A stretch of 36,724 nucleotides of DNA from Fonticula alba ATCC 38817 (lineage: Eukaryota; Protista; Nucleariida): assembly GCA_000388065.2 (NCBI GenBank), contig KB932206.1, one strand, 5' to 3'. The position numbers and the translations under genes are program-made. Below the pieces are notes generated by a model that saw only the letters and a list, made by a program, of their open reading frames with translations, was not told the origin of the DNA and did no database searches. Of this stretch, positions 1 through 14,055 are shown in pieces. Within the stretch, counting starts at the first letter, position 1. Each line of letters starts with the position of its first letter.

Positions 1-944
1 AGAGGTTACTAACCAGGTGGCAGATCACACTGGTACCCTTCGTCAAGCCTCACTCACTTGACTTAGGCTTAACCCGTGTGAACCCTGCTACACGACCCTG
101 GCTTCCAACTCCGGGCCAATGTAAGGCGCCCCCCCGCCCTGCCCCTTTCCCCTCCTTCCCTCGACATATGACCTTCCTCCCGGCCCCGCTTGTGCGCCTC
201 CCCCCTGGCGAAACAGTTTCCCGCCCCGGGGGTGGGGTAGCCTTGGCCCTGCCACTTTAGGCGCAGGGAGCCCTCTGATGACCTTCCGAACGGTGGACTT
301 CTTCCCCGCCCCCCCCAACAAACATGTGTAGGCGCGTGTGAGTGTGTGCTGACGCGCGCGCACGCGAAAGGTCCCGCCCTTCCCTCCCCCCTATTTCTGG
401 CGCCCCAGGCCAAATGAGTGTCCAGGCCCTGCGCGCCATATCGGCCCCTGCGCGGACGGGGGTCAGCTCGCTCCACCCTGCCCCGGCCCCCTCCCCCTTT
501 CGTGTACAATAAATTTGATCCGCCCCGACATAAGGTCAGGGGCTAGGCCTCGTCTAGTCCTATCTGTGCCCTCGCCCTTGTCGTCCCCCGCCTTCCCAGA
601 GAACACGCCCCCCCCCCCGGGCCCCGAGCCCGGACTCGGGGAACCAACATTGTTGTTGTTTTTTTTTTGCCCCTCGCACAGTGCCTGCCAGCTCCACTCG
701 AGACAGAGGCGGATGTCATCGCGCTCGGGGGGGGGGGGGGGGGGGGGGGCCCTCCCCTGTTGGGGACCGGGCGGAGTCACGCGATCAGGCTCCACAGTGC
801 ATTGGCCGTTGCCGCAGTGGCACCACCTCCGTCCGCGTGCCCGTGATGTGCCGCCCTCGCGCCGATCGGGGCGCGGCCCGGATCAATCCCCAGTCTCCTC
901 GGCCTGTTGTGTGGGGCACTTTCCGCGGTCTGACACCAAGGCTG

Positions 945-947
<3 letters not shown>

Positions 948-1009
<62 letters not shown>
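948..1009. repeat. (TG)31 microsatellite followed by a G run to 1027
   Basis: Read directly: uninterrupted TG repeat 948-1009. Confidence 0.95.
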
Positions 1010-1025
<16 letters not shown>

Positions 1026-1260
1026 GGTTCTGGCCCCGGAAACGGAGGCACATCGGTCTTTTGGGGCACCGACAAGTTGACCGTCCGACGTCATGCATGG
1101 ACAAGATCCTCTTCCTACTTCTTCTATCCCCCCCCCCCCCCGTCCTCCCATTCCTCCTCTCTCTCACCCTCGCCCGCTGTGCCTTGTCCTTGCCGGTTAC
1201 GTGGATCGGGTAGCTGTGCGAGTGGACACGCGCACGCACACGCGGCAAGTTGCCTTCTTG

Positions 1261-2558
1261 ATGACATCGCATTTGTTCCCGCCTGCCACAGCGGCGGCCC
1301 TGCCCAGCTCCCCTGCCTCCTCGGCCTTATCAACGGCCTCCTCGTCGGGCAACTCGTCGCAGGAGCCCCGTTCACCCCCCTCGGCGGGCATCCGCCCGGG
1401 GGAGGTTTCCTTTGAGGAGTCTCTCATTCAGTTGGCCCGTGCCCGGGTGAGCGAGATCGAATGTGCGCATGGGGGCGGCTCTTTTTCAAGCTCCACTTTT
1501 CGTACCCCCCCCCCCCCCCTGATTCGGCCGACGCATGAGCTCAGTTCCTCACTCTTTCTCCCCCCCCCTCCCCCGCATTGAAGTCACCAACCGCACCAAC
1601 AACGATGCCCTGCAAGCCCTGCTCGGGGGTCTTGAGAGCATCAACCGGCGCCTGTTGCATGTCGAGCACTTTCTCCAGCAGGAGTCCCTTCAGCCGCTGA
1701 GGTCCCCCCCAGCGGACATTGAGGGCGGCCCCCCTGGGCTGCCCGCGTCGCTGGCCGTCAACCCACCCATCAAGACCGAGGATGATCCCGGGTCGGATGA
1801 GGAGCTGGATGTCATGGGGGACGTTCCAGTGCGGCCATCCCCCAGCATCGAAGTCGACTGGCGCCGGATGTACCTCAATCTCCGGCGAAAGTATGACACC
1901 TNNNNNNNNNNGGATGTCATGGGGGACGTTCCAGTGCGGCCATCCCCCAGCATCGAAGTCGACTGGCGCCGGATGTACCTCAATCTCCGGCGAAAGTATG
2001 ACACCTTGGTATGGGTCATCCATCTTTTGCCCGTCCCCTGCGAAGCATCCCTCTCCCCAAGCCCCCCCCCCCCCCCCCCCCCTTCCACCGGACCGTCTCC
2101 GCGCTCCATGTCCACTAACCGGCTCTCACTTTCCCATGCTCTCCCAGCTGGAGCGCCACACACAGGGCAAAGTCGCGGCCAAGGCGTCGATCCGTGCCGG
2201 GCGCTCCGCCGAGTCCCGGCCCCTGCAAAGTGACCGGGCCTTCCCGGCGAATGGCCCCCCTTCGGAGGACAGACCTCCCCCTGAAACACCGGTCCCCTCT
2301 GCCAAGAGGACACCAGCCCCACGTTCGGTAGCCCCCTCGAGCCGTTCGCCTTCTACCGGCCGGCCGGTTGCCTCGCCCTCCCCCTCGACATCGGAGTACT
2401 TTGATACCTTCCTCCAGCGGACCGGCCGCACACCCGAAGGCCGCCCTCGGCGAGATTCGCCGTCCGACCGCCTGCGACAATCCCTTTGGGTGCTGTCGCC
2501 GTTGCAGGAGCCCGAGCCATCAGACACTTCCCGGAGACTGGACCTGGATGAGGGGTAG
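1261..2558 (+). CDS. Hypothetical spliced protein with an acidic DEELDVMGD motif and a short coiled-coil-like segment (WRRMYLNLRRKYDTLLERH); start and first intron uncertain
   Basis: Coding-like frames at 1261-~1446, ~1584-2008 and 2148-2558. Intron 2009-2147 (GTATGG ... CACTAAC branch ... CCCAG) joins YDTL|LERHTQGK in phase 0. The phase of the first intron could not be resolved cleanly, and a 10-N gap with duplicated flanks interrupts the middle exon. No family recognised. Confidence 0.45.
1807..2006. other. 95-bp direct duplication flanking a 10-N gap (probable unmerged contig overlap)
   Basis: 1807-1901 is identical to 1912-2006, with N10 at 1902-1911 between them. Confidence 0.9.
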
Positions 2559-2779
2559 CCTTTGCCGGACGGGCTGCTGGCAGCCCAGCCGGGCCGGGCC
2601 TTCCCCTTCCTCCCTGTCCGCCTCTCCTTGTGCCTGTAAATATACCGAAGATACGCGGAGACAGGTATCGGGCGCGCGCGCGCGCGCGTATGTGCCTTGG
2701 CAGATCGTTACATTGGTTCACAAGTGGCATTTGCCCATGGCCGCATTTTTGCATGCCCTGTGGGCGCATCAAATGCGTG

Positions 2780-4331
2780 TCAGTTTGCCTCGTCGGAATC
2801 CGACTCATGGAAGTGCTGCATCATCATGCTCGAGATGTGCTCAATCATGTGCGCGCGCTGTTTCCTGTCATTCGCCATGCCGGAGTCCTTCATGGCTGTG
2901 TTNNNNNNNNNNNNNNNNNNNNNNNNNNNNNNNNNNNNNNNNNNNNNNNNNNNNNNNNNNNNNNNNNNNNNNNNNNNNNNNNNNNNNNNNNNNNNNNNNN
3001 NNNNNNNNNNNNNNNNNNNNNNNNNNNNNNNNNNNNNNNNNNNNNNNNNNNNNNNNNNNNNNNNNNNNNNNNNNNNNNNNNNNNNNNNNNNNNNNNNNNN
3101 NNNNNNNNNNNNNNNNNNNNNNNNNNNNNNNNNNNNNNNNNNNNNNNNNNNNNNNNNNNNNNNNNNNNNNNNNNNNNNNNNNNNNNNNNNNNNNNNNNNN
3201 NNNNNNNNNNNNNNNNNNNNNNNNNNNNNNNNNNNNNNNNNNNNNNNNNNNNNNNNNNNNNNNNNNNNNNNNNNNNNNNNNNNNNNNNNNNNNNNCGACA
3301 GGGAAAAGCAGAAGGGGGAAACAAAAAGAAGAAGCCCAAACAGCAGGCAGACGCGTGTGGCACTCACCAAGAGCCGAGGCCAGAGTGCGCATCACGCGCG
3401 TGGTCTCTTGCCGATCGATGACGCTGCTAGAGGGGGCCTCCTCGGCCTGGACGCGATTGGCGGACCCGGGAGCCGGGCGCGGTTTCATGGTCATCTCCGG
3501 CCAGGCATGGGACTCCAGAGCGCTGACCAGGCGGTCGCGGCCGAAGTCCCGGCCAAAGAACGCCTCCTCCTCTTCCAGATCGCTCTCATGGCCGGCGGCC
3601 GAGGCGCTGAACCAAGGGACAAACTCGAGCAAAAGACGGTGGGCTTCCTGAGCCAAGGCCGTGGCCGCCGGGCTGGGGCTGGCGTCCTCCATCTCCGGGG
3701 GGGTCCCGGCGAGGAGGGTAAACTCCGACCCCGAGAACAACCCGGCCAGCGAGGGGAGCAGAGGTCCAAGGGCAAGCCCGGGCGGAGGCGAGTCCGCCTC
3801 ACCCTCGGCATCCGGCTCCGTGTCTTCGGCATCCGGGTCGGGATAAGCGCGCAGGATGCCGAGGGCGGTTGCGATGCTTTCCTCCTGTCGGCGAGGCAGA
3901 TCAAAGGCGGACGGTGCGTGCTTGTGTGAGGCCCGGGGACAAGGGGGGAGGGGAAGCGAAGGAGTCCAAGGGGGAGGGAGGGGGGGGGGGGAAGCAAAAG
4001 AGGTGCACGCACCCGAGTCTCATCGATGGCGATAATCACCACGGCCGACTCGCCGAGCTCCACTTCGGACAGACGCATCGCAGCGCTGGCCACATCGGCC
4101 AAGTCCAGCATGACCACAGACAGCGTGGCCGAGTAGTACTTGTTGTCCAGCCGAAGATCAAACGAGCCAGGCTCCGTGGAGGTTGCTCCAAGGGCTTTGC
4201 CAAAGCAGGAGTGTTAGATTGACCCCGTCGGTGGCCATCGTTCACCATGCGGAAGATCTGCCGAGCGTACCAGTGAGCAGCGCCTGCGACCGCTCAGGGC
4301 CGGCTGCCGAAAGCAGGACCACCTGGTTCAT
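2780..4331 (-). CDS. AAGAB: Alpha/gamma-adaptin-binding protein p34 (AAGAB/Irc6 family), AP-complex assembly chaperone
   Basis: Exons 4331-4271, 4194-4013, 3920-3368, then a gap, and a last exon ending at TGA 2782-2780. The splices keep frame. Motifs RLDNKYYSA (family IDNKYYSA), GRDRLVSALESHAWPEMTMK (family G..RIV.AL.AN.W..V.MK) and a C-terminal helix NDRKQRAHMIEHISSMMMQHF. Gap 2903-3295 hides part of the gene. Confidence 0.85.
2903..3295. other. Assembly gap (others at 1902-1911, 9053-9077, 18343-18468, 20144-20323, 32343-32352, 35203-35212)
   Basis: N runs; five of the seven are bordered by poly-G/C. Confidence 0.99.
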
Positions 4332-4433
4332 CGTCGTGTGGCTTGACAAGGGCGGGGGCGAGAGGGCGAGAGGGCGAGAGAGCAGTGGGGAGGAGGAAAG
4401 AGAGGCGGGATAAATAGGGGTGGGGAAGGTGGT

Positions 4434-4465
<32 letters not shown>

Positions 4466-4895
4466 TAGAAAACGCCCCCTCTTCCCGGGCCTGAAGTGGC
4501 CGCACTTTGGCCAAGGCTGGCTCCCCGCCCGCCCCCTTGCCACAACCGGGGGGGGGGGGGGGGGGCAGGAGCGCCCTGGACCGCTGGGTCCCCTCGGGCC
4601 CACTATTCACGGCGGCGCACGCACACGGCCCCCGGCCGATCGCGAGCTCCGTTGGCACCTCATCTGGGGCGGCGATCGGCCAAGGAGTAGCGATTGATTC
4701 CCGAGCATGCCTGGGGCCAATGTGGGTTGTGTACAAAGGGGGGCGCGGGCTGGCTGGCGTAAATCCCCCCGGGGACAATCAGCCTCCCCCGCCCCCCGGA
4801 CCTCACACCTGCCCCCTCCCTCCTCTCGTTGATCCTCCTTCTCTCCATCTTTCCTTCCCTCCCTTTGCCTCCTCCTCTCCCTTTTTTCTGGCCAC

Positions 4896-8533
<3,638 letters not shown>

Positions 8534-9133
8534 GCGCCCCCCCCCCCCCCTCCCTCCCTCCCGGCCAAGGGAGCCTTTTCCCGGCCCCTGTGTACCTTTG
8601 TGTTCCCGGGGACAAAGCGGGTCGTCGACCATTTTCCGCCCCATACCTCCCAAAAGGGCGAAGAAAGAAAGTGCTCCCGCATGAATGGAAAAAAGAGGCA
8701 TCGGTTGTGCTCAGGCATGTATTTTCGACTGCCCCCCGAGGATGGCCAGTGCAGCGTCTGTCTGTGGGTGTGGGCGTGTGTGCCAGGCCTCTACTTCATG
8801 GTCGGGGGGCAGCAGGAAGGGCCGAGACAACATGTGAAGGGGGAGATGCGGGGATGGGAGAAGCGCGCAGCGAGGAGAAACAGCAAGTAGCATGGGCGCC
8901 TGTGCCATACTCTCGAAAAGGAGGGGACACTCCATGCGAGAGTGAGAGCTTGGGTGTGGATGATGTACACATGCACGGATTTAGGACCGTGCCCATAGGG
9001 TGCGCTTCCAGTCCTCCCCTCGTTGGCGGGAGCCGCTCACTGGGCGGCGGGGNNNNNNNNNNNNNNNNNNNNNNNNNGGGGGGGGGGGAGGAAAGGAGTC
9101 GCCGTTGGGGGCTTGTCCAGCCAGGGGGAGCTC

Positions 9134-12100
9134 TCAGAAGTCCTGCATCTCAATGGGTCGGGAGCGAAGTTCATCGCGTTCACGCCGCGCGCGCCGCCGG
9201 TGAGCCTCGGCCGCATGTGCGCGACTCACTGACTGGTCCTTGCGTCCGTGCACCGACACGTGCTTGACCTTGGAGAAGATGCGCCGCCAGTTGCGGTGCA
9301 GCAGCATGTTGAATACATCCAGAGGAATGTACCAGCATAGGGTCCAGATCCCTGGGAGAGAGAGAGAGAGAGGCAAGAGAGGAGGAACAAGAGTGACACG
9401 ACATGTCGCAGGGTCAGAAGGCCGATGGAAAAGGACACCGAGCACGGCCGGTGGAAAGGCCACGCCCCCCGCCCCCTTCCCCCGTGAAAAGGGCTCCTGC
9501 TGGCCAACGCACACACACAGACCGCCCAGCCCCAGCCACAGCCGAGGAAGCTTTCCTTGCCCCAGATGAGATCGCCCGGCGGGCGATTGGTGTTGTAGTC
9601 CGGGTAGCCATTGAAGCCGTAGACGCCGATGAAGGTGGCACTCACTTGGGCCACCACCGACGCCAGGAGCATCAAAGGATGCGGCATCGACATGAAGGAC
9701 AAACTCCGACTCCGAGTGATGAAGAGCAGCAGCTGCCCGGAGAGGGACACATGCAGGTAGACGATGGCCCGGAGCCGGGCCTGCCCCTCGTAGGTGGTCA
9801 AAGGCACGGGCACCAGGCCGATGCTGGTGAACATGTTGTGCTGGGTCGAGGCCCACCGGAAGAGAACCAGCGTCGAGGCGGTCAGGTAAAGACCGTACAG
9901 GAAGGCCAGCGGGAAAAGCCGCGTCAGGCGCCAGGAGTCCGGGGTTTTCGACGGCCGAACCAGGTCCTTGGCAATCGTGAGCATGGTCCCGTCATTGAGG
10001 ATGGCCATGATGACCACCAGGATGGTGGGGAAGTACCAGTCGAAGATGGTGGCCAGCAGGCCGAAGGTGAAGGTAATCCGCACGGTGGTGGCCACGGCGT
10101 ATGTGGCGTAGCTCTTCATGCGCTGGAAGATCTTCCGCGCCCCGATGATGGCGTCGATGATGACACCGAGCCCGGGCGACAGGAGGACAATGTCCGAAGC
10201 GGCACGCGCGGCATCGGTCGACCCGGCCACCGCAATGCCGATGTCCGCCTGCTTGAGGGCCGGCGCGTCATTCACACCGTCACCGGTCATGCCCACCACA
10301 TGGCCCAACCGCTGCAGACGCTTGACAATGGCATGCTTGTGCTGGGGATACACCTCGGCAAAGCCGTCGGACTTTTCCACCAGCTGGTCGATGGTGATCT
10401 CCTCGGCACCCTGGGCGGCCCGATCGACGGTCGCCCCGGAGGAAGTATAATCCGGCCCCATGGTGGCGGTGGTGGTCGTTTGGCCGGGGACCGGCTGCAT
10501 GCTGCTGGCCAGGTAGGCCGCGGCCAAGTGACCGCCGACCAGACTTTGTCGGCCGCCGGGGGTCGGCCGGGCGGCTGCCGCCCGGCCGGCCGACGCCGCA
10601 GGGCCACTGAGCAGTTGCCCGGAGCTTGTGGCCGTAGCCGGGGCGCCGGTGCCGCCACCGGCACCGGCACCGGCACCGGCACCGGCCGGAGACCCGGGCT
10701 CTGTCCCGGCCGCCAATGGCGACGACGGGGCAGCTGTCCCGGCGGCGGAAGAGGCCCCCCCAGTGTCCCCGACCCCGGGGCCTGGCACGGGCCCGGCCGA
10801 GAAGGTGGCCAATTCAATGGCCCCGGGCGGCTGGCCGGACCTCGAAGGGGCCGGCAGAATGGCATCGGCACTGCCGACCGACCCGCTGGAAGAGAGCCCG
10901 GCGCTGGTGCTGCTGGTGGCACCCAGGTCGCCGGAGGACCGGGCGTCTCCCGGCTCGGCCCCAGCGGCAAGGGCCTGAAGGTGGCTCGGATCTTGCACCA
11001 GCGTGTCCGTGGAGTTGGGCACGGCCTTGCCGGTGGTGCCGGCGGCGGCGGCGGCGGCCGCCGCCGCCGGCACCGGGTCGCCGAGCTTGTCGACGGTTTT
11101 GTCGCCGGCCACGGCCGCCGGGGCGGCCTCCGGCGCCGGCGGCGGAGCCGTCCCCTGCTCGTCAATGGCGCTGATGGCTCCCTGGCGGAGGAGCTCCATG
11201 GTGCTCGGCGAGCCGTCCAAAAAGCGAGCCGTGTGCACATCGGTGCTGAGCCCCATCTGACGACAGGACTCCCGAGCGATGGCCAACTGGTCGCCGGTGA
11301 TCATCTTCACGGCGATGCCCATGTCAATGGCCGCGGCCACCACCTGCGCCGTGTCGTGCCGGGGTGGGTCATACAGCGGGATCATGCCCACGAAGTTCCA
11401 CGACGCCTGCTCCAGCGGCCCGGCCCCCGTGGACCGGGCCACAGCCACCGACCGATAGCCACGCGAGGCAAACTCATTGACCTTGGCCATGACCTTGGGC
11501 CGGATGAGATCCGCATCGTGGGCCATGTCCAGGATGATCTGCGGGGCGCCCTTGGCCGTGCGAAAGACCGCCCCCTTGGCGGTGGCCGCCGCCGGGTCCT
11601 CCGCCCCGGCAGGCCCACAGTCCACCAACGTGACAATGGTCCGCTTGCCGACCGGATCGAAGGGAACATAGTGCGTGGCCCGGAAGCGTGCCATGCTAGA
11701 CAGCTGGTCCTGCGTCAGGGCATTGACAATGGTCGTGTCGATGGGGTCCGCGTCCTCGGTCCGTGCGCAGAGAGCCCCATCGAAGAGGACATCCTCCGGG
11801 GTGGCCCCCTCGTGCGCGTAGATCTCCGCATTGTTGATGCTCAGCTCGTTGAGGGTCAGCGTGCCCGTCTTGTCCGAGCACAGGACATCCATGGCGGCCA
11901 GCTCCTCGACGGCTGTCAAGCGCGACACAATCGCCTGCTTTTGCGAGAGCTTGGACGCGCCAATCGCCATGGTCACCGACAGGACGGTGGGCATGGCAAT
12001 CGGAATGCCACCCACTGTGGAGGCCGAGGGCGGGGGAGGAAGCCCGAAGATGGCACGAGGGGAGGGGGGTAGGGGATAGGGATGGGGGGGGGGGGGGGGC

Positions 12101-13876
12101 GGGACGGGGAGGATGGGCGAGCAAGTGTCGAAGGTGAGGATGATGGCTGGCTGGTCGGCACAGGTGACTGGAAGGGGGGCGGTGTGTGCGTACCGATGAG
12201 AATGAGGATGTTGTTGAGAGTGGGGCACCGATTCTGGCCCATGCGGCAGCGGTTCGGCCCGTAAAGCTGGACATGGAGAGGGGAAGAGGGGCAAAACAAA
12301 AATACGCAGTAAGCACCAAGGCTATCACCAAGAGAGAGAGAGAGAGAGAGAGAGGGAGGGAGGGGGAAAAGGCACGGGTGAGACGACACTTTGCTGCCAT
12401 GCATATCCATGGATATGCTCGCATCGGCACGCACATTCGTTAGACCGGGGAATTGTGTGCCCAGCGGCGAGCGGCTGGTCCAGCTTCCGCGGGCAATCAG
12501 CTGCACCAGCAGGACGATGGTCACCCACATGAGGATGACCACGAGACAGACATTCCCGATGATGGTCATGGTCTGCCAGCCGGGGGGGGGGGGCGAAGAA
12601 AAAAAAGAAGAAAGCACCCAGGCAAGGGCGAGACCCAGCCCATGGGAGAGGTGTGGACAATGTTTCGCGAGTCAGGTAAGATGTCAGGAGGAACCCGGCC
12701 CCGCGCCTCCCCCTCCGCTGGTAATGGGCAATGGAGGGCTCTCATGCGTCGTACATGCTGGAGATTGGACTCTGTGGAGGCGGTGCTGATCAATGCCGCG
12801 GCACGACCAAGGAAGGTGTGCGAACCGGTGGCATACACGACGGCCTCGATCTCTCCCTGTCGGACGATGGACCCGGAGAAGGCAGTGTCGCCGGTCTTCT
12901 TGGTCACTGGCAGCGACTCGCCAGTCAGCGAAGACTGATCGACCTTGATTTCGTCGCCATTGAGAAGCTGGCCCAGGCGTGGGAATCAGCAGCATGGTGA
13001 TTAGGACAGGCTGCGCGGAGAATGGGAAATAGTCGAGGGGCATCGGTTTGAGGGGAGCAGTCAAGGGAGGATGAGGAGGAAGAGGGGGTGGGGGGGGGGG
13101 GGGGGGGGGGGGGGGTGGCCAGGGTCGTACCTTCACGTCTGCCGGCAGGACATCACCGGCCTTGACGCGGATCACATCGCCAGGGACAATTTGGTTGGCC
13201 GGCGTGGGCCGGGATTCGCGATTGCGCAGGACTCTCGCCTCCGGGGCCAGCTGGGCCTTGAGCGCGGCAATCGCATTGCCAGCCGACCGCTCCTCCAAGA
13301 AGCCGATGGTGGAGTTGATGAACAGCAGGGCGATAATCAGCTGGCAGGGGTTGGTGGGCGAGGCCCGGCAAATGTCAGCATCGCGGGCCGGCCTGGGGAC
13401 GTGGGAGGGGCAGGGCCAGGGGAGGACGGCAGGGGCCGGTACAAGAGGAAGCGGGGGAAGACACGCACGCCGAAGTCCACATAGTCCAGGAGGATGATGG
13501 CCAGGATGGCCGCACATTCCATGGCCCATGAGAGGGGGTTCCACATGAACCTGCGCCGAGGGTGATCGGGGATGGCGAGGGAGATGGCACGAGAGGGCGG
13601 CGCGTCAGAGGCAATGGCCGAACTGGGGCGTGGCACAGAGCACACCTCGGGCACAAGGCCAGGTGCACATACCCCAGAAAGACCAGGATAGGGGACTTGG
13701 TCTTCTCGGTGATCTGGTTCGGGCCGACGATGGCCAACCGCCGGGCGGCTTCATCGTCCGACAGTCCAAGCGGGTTGGTTTTGAGCTGGTGCATCACCTC
13801 ATCGAGGGAGAGTTTGTCAACGTGGGCGTCCTCCGCCGACAGGGCGCTGGGTATGGGGTGCGCGGGGGGGGGGGAA

Positions 13877-13944
<68 letters not shown>

Positions 13945-13971
13945 GGGGGGGGGGGGGGGGGGGGGGCAGTG

Positions 13972-14006
<35 letters not shown>

Positions 14007-14055
14007 GGGAGGCTTGCTCGACGCACAGGAGGTTGTCATTTTGGGCGGCGGTCAT
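9134..14055 (-). CDS. PMA1: Plasma-membrane H+-ATPase, P-type P3A, plant/amoebozoan-like sequence type
   Basis: Exons 14055-14027, 13846-13673, 13550-13469, 13340-13131, 12967-12755, 12572-12435, 12266-12194, 12014-9519, 9351-9134; all junctions phase-consistent. Motifs [76 protein letters not shown] and AILNDG (proton-acceptor Asp). An upstream exon or an alternative last exon near the 9053-9077 gap cannot be excluded. The symbol is family-level. Confidence 0.95.
13877..13943. repeat. G67 homopolymer (poly-C on the sense strand of ATPase intron 1), within a G-rich stretch ~13864-14009
   Basis: Counted directly. Confidence 0.9.

Noticed and set aside
42-70. Two mutually exclusive 6-bp hairpins (GTCAAG/CTTGAC and AAGCCT/AGGCTT) suggesting an RNA switch
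   Set aside because: 6-bp stems are expected by chance, and there is no recognisable ncRNA context.
1038-1047. GGAAACGGAG resembling SRP RNA helix 8
   Set aside because: The required flanking CAGG and AGCAG elements, and the Alu domain, are absent.
12307-12321. Possible ATPase microexon (ALVLT)
   Set aside because: The exon at 12266-12194 (…[11 protein letters not shown]|VGGIP) already supplies this segment with correct phases.
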